Of a stretch of 64,000 bases of DNA, positions 1 through 14,221 are shown one piece after another. Within the stretch, counting starts at the first letter, position 1; each line of letters opens with the position of its first letter. Where the stretch lies: the NCBI RefSeq assembly GCF_009914755.1, contig NC_060939.1; one strand, written 5' to 3'. The position numbers and the translations under genes are program-made. This stretch comes from the human T2T-CHM13v2.0 reference genome, Homo sapiens. Below the pieces are notes generated by a model. That model made no database searches and was not told the DNA's origin. It was given only the letters and a program-made list of their open reading frames with translations.

Positions 1-931
1 TTCCATTCCATTCTACTCCAACTGATTCCATTCCATTCTATTCCTTTCCATTCCATTCCATTCCATTCGCTTCTATTCCATTCGTGTCCATTCCACTCCA
101 GTCCATTCCATTCGTGTGCATTCCATTCCAGTCCATTCCATTTGTGTCCACTGCATTCCATTCCACTCCATTCCATATTATTCCATTACACTCCATTCCA
201 TTCTATTACTTTCATTTCCATTCAGTTCCATTCCATTTGATTCCATTCCACTCGGTTTCACTCCATTTGAGTCCATTCCATTCCATTCCATTCCATTCTG
301 TTCCATTCCATTCCATTCCATTCCATTCCATTCCATTCGGTACCATTCCATATTGTTCCATTCGATTCCATTCGAATCCATTCCATTCCAGTCCATTCCA
401 TTCGATTCCATTCCATTCCTTTCAATTCCATTCCATTCCATTCGATTCCACTTGATTCCACTCCATTCCCTTCCACTGCATTCCATTCGATTCCATTCCA
501 TTGCATTGCATTCCATTCCATTGGATTGCATTCCATTCGATTCCATTCCATTCGAATCAATTACATAGCAATCCATTACACTCGAGTCTGTTCTATTCCG
601 TTGCACTCGATTTCGTTCCAATCCATTCGATTCCATTCCATTCGATTCCATTCCATACTATTGCATTCCATTCGATTAAATTATATTCGAATAAATTCCA
701 TTCAAGACCATTTCTGTTGAGTCCATTCTACTTGAGTCCATTCCCTTTGATTCCATAACATTTGAGTCCATTCAATTCCATTCCTTTCGTTTCCATTCCA
801 TTTGATGCCATTCCATTCAATTCTGTTCTACTCGACTCCAATACATTCAATTCCATTCCATCCGATTCCATTACATTCTTTTCATTTCTTATCCATTTCA
901 AGCCATTCCATTCCATTCCATTCCACTCGTT

Positions 932-969
932 TCCTTTCCATTCGAGTCCATTCCACTCCAGTCCATTCC
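932..969 (+). repeat. 38-bp direct repeat, left copy (present in every intact 3.5-kb unit)
   Basis: TCCTTTCCATTCGAGTCCATTCCACTCCAGTCCATTCC matches 2629-2666 at 37/38 positions. Confidence 0.8.
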
Positions 970-2628
970 ATTCGAATCCATTTCACTCCAGTCCATTCCA
1001 TTCGAATCCGTTTCACTCCAGTCCATTAAATTCGAGTACATTCCATTCCATTCTATTCAATGCCATTCCATTCGATTCTATTCCATTCGACACCATTCCT
1101 TTCCATTCCGTTCCATCCGATTCCATTCCATTGCATTCCATTCGTTTCCATTCCATTCGAATTCATTCCACTCAAGTCCATTCCATTCGAGTCCATTCCA
1201 TTCGATATCATTCCATACTATTGCATTCCATTCGATTCCATTGTTTTCGAATAAATTCCAACCGAGACCATTCCTTTTGTGTCCTTTCTATTTGACTGCA
1301 TTCCATTTGAGTCCATTAAATTTCTGCACATTCCATTCCTTTCCATTCCATTCCATTCCATTCCTTTCGGTGCCATTCCATTCCACTCTACTCCATTCAA
1401 GTCCATTCCATTAGAGTCCATTCCATTGATTCGATGCCATTACATTCAATTCTATTCCATTCGAATCCATTCCATTCCATTTCCTTCCAAACGATTCCAT
1501 TCCATTCTATTACTTTCTATTCCAATCCATTCCATTCCGTTCCATTCGTTTCCAATCCATTCGAGTCCACTCCATTTCAGTCCATTCCATTCGATTCCAT
1601 TCCATTCCAGTCCATTCCATTCAAGTCCATTCCACGGCATTCCATTCCATTCGATATATTTTGATAACACCCCATTCCATTCTGCTCCTTACAATTCAAT
1701 TCAATTCCAGTCCAGTTGATTCCATTCCATTTGATTACATTCCATTCGACTCCATTCCATTCGACTCTATTCCATTCGAGTACATTCCATTCCATTCCAT
1801 TGCATTCCGTTCGAATCCCTATTCCATTCCATTTTGTTACTGTCCATTCCATTTGAGTCCATTCCATGCCAAACCATTCCATTCGATTCCATTCCAATAG
1901 ATTCCATTGCACTCGAATCCAGTGCGTTCCATTCCATTGCTTTCCATTCTATTACATTCCATTGCATTACATTCCATTCCATTTGATTGCATTCCATTCA
2001 ATTCCATTAATTTCGAATCAATTACATTGCAATCCATTGCATTAGAGTTCTATTCCAGTCCATTGCATTCTGGCGCATTCCGTTCCATTCCATTCCATTC
2101 GATTCCGTTCCATTCGAATCGATTGCATTGCAATGCTTTACATTTGAGTCCGTTTTATTCCAGTCCAATCCATTCCGGTCCATTCCGTTCGATTCCATTC
2201 CATTCGATGCCACTCCGTACTATTGTATTTCATTCGATTCCATTCTATTCAAATAAATTCCATTCGAGACCATTCCTTTCATGTCCATTCTATTTGAGTC
2301 CATTCCATTCGAGTCCATTATATTTGGGTCCATTCCATTCAATTCCATTGCAATCGATTCCATTCGATGTCACTCCATTCATTTCTATTCCATTAGAGTC
2401 CATGTCATTCGAGTCCATTCCATTCTATTCTATTCCACTCCATTCCATTCCACTCCATTCCATTCGTTGCCGTTCCATTCAATTCTATTATATTCCACTC
2501 CATTTAATTCCATTCCATTCCATTCCATTCTATTCCATTCTATCCAATTCCGTTCCATTCTATTCCTTTAAAGTCCATTCCATTCCATTCCATTCGTTTC
2601 CATTCCATTCGAGTAAAGTCCACTCCAG

Positions 2629-2666
2629 TCCTTTCCATTCGAGTCCATTCCTCTCCAGTCCATTCC
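2629..2666 (+). repeat. 38-bp direct repeat, right copy
   Basis: TCCTTTCCATTCGAGTCCATTCCTCTCCAGTCCATTCC. The 1.79-kb unit has one copy (~59900-59937), with the left flank of 932 and the right flank of 2666. Confidence 0.8.
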
Positions 2667-5600
2667 GTTCAATCCATTCCATTCCAGTCCATTCCATTCC
2701 AGTCCGTTCCATTCCAGTCCATTCCATTCGAGTCAATTCCATTCCATTCGATATCTTTCCATGACGATCCATTCCATTCTATTCCTTTCGATTCCATTCA
2801 ATTCCATTCCATTCTATTTCATTCCATTCGATTCCCTTCCATTGGACTCCTTTCCATTCGAGTGCATTCCATTGCGTTCCATTTCTTTCTGTTCTGTATG
2901 ATTCCTACCGTTCGATTTCATTTTGTTCCAGTCTATTCCTTTCACATCCATTCCATTCCATTTCACTCCATTCGATTCCATTCCACTCGATTCCCCTCCG
3001 TTCCATTTCATTGCATTCCATTCTATTCAATTCTATTGCATTCCATTCCATTCCATTTGATTACATTCCATGCGATTCCATTCGAATTCGAATCAATTAC
3101 ATTGAAATCCATTACTATTGAGTCCGTTTTACTCCAGTCCACTCCATTCTGCTCCATTCCATTTGATTCCATTCCATTCTATTCCATTCCATACAGTTGC
3201 ATTCCATTGGAGTCCATTCTATATCTATAAATGCAACTCGAGACCATTGCTTTTGAGTCCATTCTATATGATTCCATTCCATTCAAGTCCATTACATTTG
3301 GTTCAATTCCATTCCATTCCATTCCCTTCCATTCCATTCCATTTGATATCAATCCATTCGATTCCATTCCATTCGAGCACATTCCAATCGAGTCCATTCC
3401 ATTCGATGCCATTCCATTTGATTCTATTCCATTAGACTCCATTCAATTCCATTAATCTCCATTCCATTCCATTCTACTCCAACTGATTCCATTCCATTCT
3501 ATTCCTTTCCATTCCATTCCATTCCATTCGCTTCCATTCCATTCGTTTCCATTCCACTCCAGTCCATTCCATTCGTGTCCATTCCATTCCAGTCCATTCC
3601 ATTTGTGTCCACTGCATTCCATTCCACTCCATTCCATATTATTCCATTACACTCCATTCCATTCTATTACTTTCATTTCCATTCAGTTCCATTCCATTTG
3701 ATTCCATTCCACTCGGTTTCACTCCATTTGAGTCCATTCCATTCCATTCCATTCCATTCTGTTCCATTCCATTCCATTCCATTCCATTCCATTCCATTCG
3801 GTACCATTCCATATTGTTCCATTCGATTCCATTCGAATCCATTCCATTCCAGTCCATTCCATTCGATTCCATTCCATTCCTTTCAATTCCATTCCATTCC
3901 ATTCGATTCCACTTGATTCCACTCCATTCCCTTCCACTGCATTCCATTCGATTCCATTCCATTGCATTGCATTCCATTCCATTGGATTGCATTCCATTCG
4001 ATTCCATTCCATTCGAATCAATTACATAGCAATCCATTACATTCGAGTCTGTTCTATTCCGTTGCACTCGATTTCGTTCCAATCCATTCGATTCCATTCC
4101 ATTCGATTCCATTCCATACTATTGCATTCCATTCGATTAAGTTATATTCGAATAAACTCCATTCAAGACCATGTCTGTTGAGTCCATTCTACTTGAGTCC
4201 ATTCCCTTTGATTCCATAACATTTGAGTCCATTCAATTCCATTCCTTTCGTTTCCATTCCATTTGATGCCATTCCATTCAATTCTGTTCTACTCGACTCC
4301 AATACATTCAATTCCATTCCATCCGATTCCATTACATTCTTTTCATTTCTTATCCATTTCAAGCCATTCCATTCCATTCCATTCCACTCGTTTCCTTTCC
4401 ATTCGAGTCCATTCCACTCCAGTCCATTCCATTCGAATCCATTTCACTCCAGTCCATTCCATTCGAATCCGTTTCACTCCAGTCCATTAAATTCGAGTAC
4501 ATTCCATTCCATTCTATTCAATGCCATTCCATTCGATTCTATTCCATTCGACACCATTCCTTTCCATTCCGTTCCATCCGATTCCATTCCATTGCATTCC
4601 ATTCGTTTCCATTCCATTCGAATTCATTCCACTCAAGTCCATTCCATTCGAGTCCATTCCATTCGATATCATTCCATACTATTGCATTCCATTCGATTCC
4701 ATTGTTTTCGAATAAATTCCAACCGAGACCATTCCTTTTGTGTCCTTTCTATTTGACTGCATTCCATTTGAGTCCATTAAATTTCTGCACATTCCATTCC
4801 TTTCCATTCCATTCCATTCCATTCCTTTCGGTGCCATTCCATTCCACTCTACTCCATTCAAGTCCATTCCATTTGAGTCCATTCCATTGATTCGATGCCA
4901 TTACATTCAATTCTATTCCATTCGAATCCATTCCATTCCATTTCCTTCCAAACGATTCCATTCCATTCTATTACTTTCTATTCCAATCCATTCCATTCCG
5001 TTCCATTCGTTTCCAATCCATTCGAGTCCACTCCATTCCAGTCCATTCCATTCGATTCCATTCCATTCCAGTCCATTCCATTCAAGTCCATTCCACGGCA
5101 TTCCATTCCATTCGATATATTTTGATAACACCCCATTCCATTCTGCTCCTTACAATTCAATTCAATTCCAGTCCAGTTGATTCCATTCCATTTGATTACA
5201 TTCCATTCGACTCCATTCCATTCGACTCTATTCCATTCGAGTACATTCCATTCCATTCCATTGCATTCCGTTCGAATCCCTATTCCATTCCATTTTGTTA
5301 CTGTCCATTCCATTTGAGTCCATTCCATGCCAAACCATTCCATTCGATTCCATTCCAATAGATTCCATTGCACTCGAATCCAGTGCGTTCCATTCCATTG
5401 CTTTCCATTCTATTACATTCCATTGCATTACATTCCATTCCATTTGATTGCATTCCATTCAATTCCATTAATTTCGAATCAATTACATTGCAATCCATTG
5501 CATTAGAGTTCTATTCCAGTCCATTGCATTCTGGCGCATTCCGTTCCATTCCATTCCATTCGATTCCGTTCCATTCGAATCGATTGCATTGCAATGCTTT

Positions 5601-8600
5601 ACATTTGAGTCCGTTTTATTCCAGTCCAATCCATTCCGGTCCATTCCGTTCGATTCCATTCCATTCGATGCCACTCCGTACTATTGTATTTCATTCGATT
5701 CCATTCTATTCAAATAAATTCCATTCGAGACCATTCCTTTCATGTCCATTCTATTTGAGTCCATTCCATTCGAGTCCATTATATTTGGGTCCATTCCATT
5801 CAATTCCATTGCAATCGATTCCATTCGATGTCACTCCATTCATTTCTATTCCATTAGAGTCCATGTCATTCGAGTCCATTCCATTCTATTCTATTCCACT
5901 CCATTCCATTCCACTCCATTCCATTCGTTGCCGTTCCATTCAATTCTATTATATTCCACTCCATTTAATTCCATTCCATTCCATTCCATTCTATTCCATT
6001 CTATCCAATTCCGTTCCATTCTATTCCTTTAAAGTCCATTCCATTCCATTCCATTCGTTTCCATTCCATTCGAGTAAAGTCCACTCCAGTCCTTTCCATT
6101 CGAGTCCATTCCTCTCCAGTCCATTCCGTTCAATCCATTCCATTCCAGTCCATTCCATTCCAGTCCGTTCCATTCCAGTCCATTCCATTCGAGTCAATTC
6201 CATTCCATTCGATATCTTTCCATAACGATCCATTCCATTCTATTCCTTTCGATTCCATTCAATTCCATTCCATTCTATTTCATTCCATTCGATTCCCGTC
6301 CATTGGACTCCTTTCCATTCGAGTGCATTCCATTGCGTTCCATTTCTTTCTGTTCTGTATGATTCCTACCGTTCGATTTCATTTTGTTCCAGTCTATTCC
6401 TTTCACATCCATTCCATTCCATTTCACTCCATTCGATTCCATTCCACTCGATTCCCCTCCGTTCCATTTCATTGCATTCCATTCTATTCAATTCTATTGC
6501 ATTCCATTCCATTCCATTTGATTACATTCCATGCGATTCCATTCGAATTCGAATCAATTACATTGAAATCCATTACTATTGAGTCCGTTTTACTCCAGTC
6601 CACTCCATTCTGCTCCATTCCATTTGATTCCATTCCATTCTATTCCATTCCGTACAGTTGCATTCCATTGGATTCCATTCTATATCTATAAATGCAACTC
6701 GAGACCATTGCTTTTGAGTCCATTCTATATGATTCCATTCCATTCAAGTCCATTACATTTGGTTCAATTCCATTCCATTCCATTCCCTTCCATTCCATTC
6801 CATTTGATATCAATCCATTCGATTCCATTCCATTCGAGCACATTCCAATCGAGTCCATTCCATTCGATGCCATTCCATTTGATTCTATTCCATTAGTCTC
6901 CATTCAATTCCATTAATCTCCATTCCATTCCATTCTACTCCAACTGATTCCATTCCATTCTATTCCTTTCCATTCCATTCCATTCCATTCGCTTCTATTC
7001 CATTCGTGTCCATTCCACTCCAGTCCATTCCATTCGTGTGCATTCCATTCCAGTCCATTCCATTTGTGTCCACTGCATTCCATTCCACTCCATTCCATAT
7101 TATTCCATTACACTCCATTCCATTCTATTACTTTCATTTCCATTCAGTTCCATTCCATTTGATTCCATTCCACTCGGTTTCACTCCATTTGAGTCCATTC
7201 CATTCCATTCTGTTCCATTCCATTCCATTCCATTCGGTACCATTCCATATTGTTCCATTCGATTCCATTCGAATCCATTCCATTCCAGTCCATTCCATTC
7301 GATTCCATTCCATTCCTTTCAATTCCATTCCATTCCATTCGATTCCACTTGATTCCACTCCATTCCCTTCCACTGCATTCCATTCGATTCCATTCCATTG
7401 CATTGCATTACATTCCATTGGATTGCATTCCATTCGATTCCATTCCATTCGAATCAATTACATAGCAATCCATTACATTCGAGTCTGTTCTATTCCGTTG
7501 CACTCGATTTCGTTCCAATCCATTCGATTCCATTCCATTCGATTCCATTCCATACTATTGCATTCCATTCGATTAAATTATATTCGAATAAATTCCATTC
7601 AAGACCATTTCTGTTGAGTCCATTCTACTTGAGTCCATTCCCTTTGATTCCATAACATTTGAGTCCATTCAATTCCATTCCTTTCGTTTCCATTCCATTT
7701 GATGCCATTCCATTCAATTCTGTTCTACTCGACTCCAATACATTCAATTCCATTCCAACCGATTCCATTACATTCTTTTCATTTCTTATCCATTTCAAGC
7801 CATTCCATTCCATTCCATTCCACTCGTTTCCTTTCCATTCGAGTCCATTCCACTCCAGTCCATTCCATTCGAATCCATTTCACTCCAGTCCATTCCATTC
7901 GAATCCGTTTCACTCCAGTCCATTAAATTCGAGTACATTCCATTCCATTCTATTCAATGCCATTCCATTCGATTCTATTCCATTCGACACCATTCCTTTC
8001 CATTCCGTTCCATCCGATTCCATTCCATTGTATTCCATTCAATTGCATTCCATTCGTTTCCGTTCCATTCGAATTCATTCCACTCAAGTCCATTCCATTC
8101 GAGTCCATTCCATTCGATATCATTCCATACTATTGCATTCCATTCGATTCCATTGTTTTCGAATAAATTCCAACCGAGACCATTCCTTTTGTGTCCTTTC
8201 TATTTGACTGCATTCCATTTGAGTCCATTAAATTTCTGCACATTCCATTCCTTTCCATTCCTTTCCATTCCATTCCTTTCGGTGCCATTCCATTCCACTC
8301 TACTCCATTCAAGTCCATTCCATTTGAGTCCATTCCATTGATTCGATGCCATTACATTCAATTCTATTTCATTCGAATCCATTCCATTCCATTTCCTTCC
8401 ACACGATTCCATTCCATTCTATTACTTTCTATTCCAATCCATTCCATTTCGTTCCATTCGTTTCCATTCCATTCGAGTCCACTCCATTCCAGTCCATTCC
8501 ATTCGATTCCATTCCATTCCAGTCCATTCCATTCAAGTCCATTCCACTCCATTCCATTCCATTCGATATCTTTTGATAACACCCCATTCCATTCTGCTCC

Positions 8601-11600
8601 TTACAATTCAATTCAATTCCAGTCCATTTGATTCCATTCCATTTGATTACATTCCATTCGACTCCATTCCATTCGACTCTATTCCATTCGAGTCCATTCC
8701 ATTCCATTCCATTGCATTCCGTTCGAATCCCTATTCCATTCCATTTTGTTACTGTCCATTCCATTTGAGTCCATTCCATGCCAAACCATTCCATTCGATT
8801 CCATTCCAATAGATTCCATTGCACTCGAATCCAGTGCGTTCCATTCCATTGCTTTCCATTCCATTACATTCCATTGCATTACATTCCATTCCATTTGATT
8901 GCATTCCATTCAATTCCATTAATTTCGAATCAATTACATTGCAATCCATTGCATTCGAGTTCTATTCCAGTCCATTGCATTCCGGCGCATTCCGTTCCAT
9001 TCCATTCCATTCGATTCCGTTCCATTCGAATCGATTGCATTGCAATGCATTACATTCGAGTCCGTTTTATTCCAGTCCAATCCATTCCGGTCCATTCCGT
9101 TCGATTCCATTCCATTCGATGCCACTCCAAACTATTGTATTTCATTCGATTCCATTCTATTCAAATAAATTCCATTCGAGACCATTCCTTTCATGTCCAT
9201 TCTATTTGAGTCCATTCCATTCGAGTCCATTATATTTGGGTCCATTCCGTTCAATTCCATTGCAATCGATTCCATTCGATGTCACTCCATTCATTTCTAT
9301 TCCATTAGAGTCCATGTCATTCGAGTCCATTCCATTCTATTCTATTCCACTCCATTCCATTCCATTCCACTCCATTCCATTCGTTGCCGTTCCATTCAAT
9401 TCTATTATATTCCACTCCATTTAATTCCATTCCATTCCATTCCATTCTATTCCATTCTATCCAATTCCGTTCCATTCTATTCCTTTAAAGTCCATTCCAT
9501 TCCATTCCATTCGTTTCCATTCCATTCGAGTAAAGTCCACTCCAGTCCTTTCCATTCGAGTCCATTCCTCTCCAGTCCATTCCGTTCAATCCATTCCATT
9601 CCAGTCCATTCCATTCGAGTCCGTTCCATTCCAGTCCATTCCATTCGAGTCAATTCCATTCCATTCGATATCTTTCCATAACGATCCATTCCATTCTATT
9701 CCTTTCGATTCCATTCAATTCCATTCCATTCTATTCCCTTCCATTGGACTCCTTTCCATTCGAGTGCATTCCATTCCGTTCCATTTCTTTCTGTTCTGTA
9801 TGATTCCTACCGTTCGATTTCATTTTGTTCCAGTCTATTCCTTTCACGTCCATTCCATTCCATTTCTCTCCATTCGATTCCATTCCACTCGATTCCCCTC
9901 CGTTCCATTTCATTGCATTCCATTCTATTCAATTCTATTGCATTCCATTCCATTCCATTTGATTACATTCCATGCGATTCCATTCGAATTCGAATCAATT
10001 ACATTGAAATCCATTACTATTGAGTCCGTTTTACTCCAGTCCACTCCATTCTGCTCCATTCCATTTGATTCCATTCCATTCTATTCCATTCCGTACAGTT
10101 GCATTCCATTGGATTCCATTCTATATCTATAAATGCAACTCGAGACCATTGCTTTTGAGTCCATTTTATATGATTCCATTCCATTCAAGTCCATTACATT
10201 TGGTTCAATTCCATTCCATTCCATTCCCTTCCATTCCATTCCATTTGATATCAATCCATTCGATTCCATTCCATTCGAGCACATTCCAATCGAGTCCATT
10301 CCATTCGATGCCATTCCATTTGATTCTATTCCATTAGACTCCATTCAATTCCATTAATCTCCATTCCATTCCATTCTACTCCAACTGATTCCATTCCATT
10401 CTATTCCTTTCCATTCCATTCCATTCCATTCGCTTCTATTCCATTCGTGTCCATTCCACTCCAGTCCATTCCATTCGTGTCCATTCCATTCCAGTCCATT
10501 CCATTTGTGTCCACTGCATTCCATTCCACTCCATTCCATATTATTCCATTACACTCCATTCCATTCTATTACTTTCATTTCCATTCAGTTCCATTCCATT
10601 TGATTCCATTCCACTCGGTTTCACTCCACTTGAGTCCATTCCATTCCATTCCATTCCATTCTGTTCCATTCCATTCCATTCCATTCCATTCCATTCCATT
10701 CGGTACCATTCTATATTGTTCCATTCGATTCCATTCGAATCCATTCCATTCCAGTCCATTCCATTCGATTCCATTCCATTCCTTTCAATTCCATTCCATT
10801 CCATTCGATTCCACTTGATTCCACTGCATTCCCTTCTACTGCATTCCATTCGATTCCATTCCATTGCATTGCATTCCATTCCATTGGATTGCATTCCATT
10901 CGATTCCATTCCATTCGAATCAATTACATAGCAATCCATTACATTCGAGTCTGTTCTATTCCGTTGCACTCGATTTCGTTCCAATCCATTCGATTCCATT
11001 CCATTCGATTCCATTCCATACTATTGCATTCCATTCGATTAAATTATATTCGAATAAATTCCATTCAAGACCATTTCTGTTGAGTCCATTCTACTTGAGT
11101 CCATTCCCTTTGATTCCATAACATTGGAGTCCATTCAATTCCATTCCTTTCGTTTCCATTCCATTTGATGCCATTCCATTCAATTCTGTTCTACTCGACT
11201 CCAATACATTCAATTCCATTCCATCCGATTCCATTACATTCTTTTCATTTCTTATCCATTTCAAGCCATTCCATTCCATTCCATTCCACTCGTTTCCTTT
11301 CCATTCGAGTCCATTCCACTCCAGTCCATTCCATTCGAATCCATTTCACTCCAGTCCATTCCATTCGAATCCGTTTCACTCCAGTCCATTAAATTCGAGT
11401 ACATTCCATTACATTCTATTCAATGCCATTCCATTCGATTCTATTCCATTCGGCACCATTCCTTTCCATTCCGTTCCATCCGATTCCATTCCATTGTATT
11501 CCATTCCATTGCATTCCATTGCATTCCATTCGTTTCCATTCCATTCGAATTCATTCCACTCAAGTCCATTCCATTCGAGTCCATTCCATTCGATATCATT

Positions 11601-14221
11601 CCATACTATTGCATTCCATTTGATTCCATTGTTTTCGAATAAATTCCAACCGAGACCATTCCTTTTGTGTCCTTTCTATTTGACTGCATTCCATTTGAGT
11701 CCATTAAATTTCTGCACATTCCATTCCTTTCCATTCCATTCCATTCCATTCCTTTCGTAGCCATTCCATTCCACTCTACTCCATTCAAGTCCATTCCATT
11801 TGAGTCCATTCCACTGATTCGATGCCATTACATTCAATTCTATTCCATTCGAATCCATTCCATTCCATTTCCTTCCAAACGATTCCATTCCATTCTATTA
11901 CTTTCTATTCCAATCCATTCCATTCCGTTCCATTCGTTTCCGTTCCATTCCTTTCCATTCCATTCGAGTCCACTCCATTCCATTCCATTCCATTCGATTC
12001 CATTCCATTCCAGTCCATTCCATTCAAGTCCATTCCACTCCATTCCATTCCATTCGATATCTTTGATAACACCCCATTCCATTCTGCTCCTTACAATTCA
12101 ATTCAATTCCAGTCCATTTGATTCCATTCCATTTGATTACATTCCATTCGACTCCATTCCATTCGACTCTATTCCATTCGAGTCCATTCCATTCCATTCC
12201 ATTGCATTCCGTTCGAATCCCTATTCCATTCCATTTTGTTACTGTCCATTCCATTGGAGTCCATTCCATGCCAAACCATTCCATTCGATTCCATTCCAAT
12301 AGGTTCAATTGCACTAGAATCCAGTGTGTTCCATTCCATTGCTTTCCATTCTATTACATTCCATTGCATTACATTCCATTCCATTTGATTGCATTCCATT
12401 CAATTCCATTAACTTCGAATCAATTACATTGCAAACCATTGCATTAGAGTTCTATTCCAGTCCATTGCATTCCGGCGCATTCCGTTCCATTCCATTCCAA
12501 TCGATTCCGTTCCATTCGAATCGATTGCATTGCAATGCTTTACATTCGAGTCCGTTTTATTCCAGTCCAATCCATTCCGTTCCATTCCGTTCGATTCCAT
12601 TCCATTCGATGCCACTCCATACTATTGTATTTCATTCGATTCCATTCTATTCAAATAAATTCCATTCGAGACCATTCCTTTCGAGTCCATTCTATTTGAG
12701 TCCATTCCATTCGAGTCCATTATATTTGGGTCCATTCCATTCAATTCCATTGCAATCGATTCCATTCGATGTCACTCCATTCATTTCTATTCCATTAGAG
12801 TCCATGTCATTCGAGTTCATTCCATTCTATTCTATTCCACTCCATTCCATTCCATTCCATTCCACTCCATTCCATTCGTTGCCGTTCCATTCAATTCTAT
12901 TATATTCCACTCCATTTAATTCCATTCCATTCCATTCCATTCCATTCCATTCCATTCTATCCAATTCCGTTCCATTCTATTCCTTTAAAGTCCATTCCAT
13001 TCCATTCTATTCGTTTCCATTCCATTCGAGTAAAGTCCACTCCACTCCTTTCCATTCGATTCCATTCCTCTCCAGTCCATTCCGATCAATCCATTCCATT
13101 CCAGTCCATTCCATTCAAGTCCGTTCCATTCCAGTCCATTCCATTCGAGTCAATTCCATTCCATTCGATATCTTTCCATAACGATCCATTCCATTCTATT
13201 CCTTTCGATTCCATTCAATTCCATTCCATTCTATTTCATTCCATTCGATTCCCTTCCATTGGACTCCTTTCCATTCGAGTGCATTCCATTCCGTTCCATT
13301 TCTTTCTGTTCTGTATGATTCCTACCTTTCAATTTCATTTTTTTCCAGTCTATTGATTTCACGTCCATTCCATTCCATTTCACTCCATTCGATTCCATTC
13401 CACTCGATTCCCCTCCGTTCCATTTCATTGCATTCCATTCTATTCAATTCTATTGCATTCCATTCCATTCCATTTGATTACATGCCATGCGATTCCATTC
13501 GAATTCGAATCATTTACATTGAAATCCATTACTATTGAGTCCGTTTTACTCCAGTCCACTCCATTCTGCTCCATTCCATTTGATTCCATTCCATTCTATT
13601 CCATTCCCTACAGTTGCATTCCATTGGAGTCCATTCTATATCTATAAATGCAACTCGAGACCATAGCTTTTGAGTCCATTCTATATGATTCCATTCCATT
13701 CAAGTCCATTACATTTGGTTCAATTCCATTCCATTCCATTCCCTTCCATTCCATTCCATTTGATATCAATCCATTCGATTCCATTCCATTCGAGCACATT
13801 CCAATCGAGTCCATTCCATTCGATGCCATTCCATTTGATTCTATTCCATTAGACTCCATTCAATTCCATTAATCTCCATTCCATTCCATTCTACTCCAAC
13901 TGATTCCATTCCATTCTATTCCTTTCCATTCCATTCCATTCCATTCGCTTCTATTCCATTCGTGTCCATTCCACTCCACTCCATTCCATTCGTGTCCATT
14001 CCATTCCAGTCCATTCCATTTGTGTCCACTGCATTCCATTCCACTCCATTCCATATTATTCCATTACACTCCATTCCATTCTTTTACTTTCATTTGCATT
14101 CAGTTCCATTCCATTTGATTCCATTCCACTCGGTTTCACTCCATTTGAGTCCATTCCATTCCATTCCATTCCATTCTGTTCCATTCCATTCCATTCCATT
14201 CCATTCCATTCCATTCCATTC

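Noticed and set aside
392-2666. The 3.5-kb unit as a dimer of ~1.7-kb monomers, since both the 14.28-kb deletion and the 1.79-kb junction have a 1697-bp offset in unit-1 coordinates
   Set aside because: Spot checks on the 1697 diagonal (e.g. 554 vs 2251) show only pentamer-phase similarity. Distinctive landmarks occur once per 3.5 kb. I treat the equal offsets as coincidence pending a masked self-alignment.
3080-3093. TTCGAATTCGAA as a heat-shock element
   Set aside because: A canonical HSE needs alternating nGAAn pentamers (GAAnnTTC). Here GAA and TTC abut with no 2-bp spacer.
3220-3232. TATA-box-like TATATCTATAAAT once per unit
   Set aside because: It is readily derived from pentamer substitutions, and there is no other promoter context or transcript evidence in the sequence.
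339-3799. Identification of the ~3.5-kb unit as Y-chromosome DYZ1
   Set aside because: Only the size is similar. DYZ1 is recalled as a ~3.56-kb unit released intact by EcoRI, whereas typical units here are mostly 3.44-3.50 kb with two GAATTC sites (~1159, ~3084) and are collinear with a 1.79-kb KpnI unit. An alignment is needed to exclude it formally.
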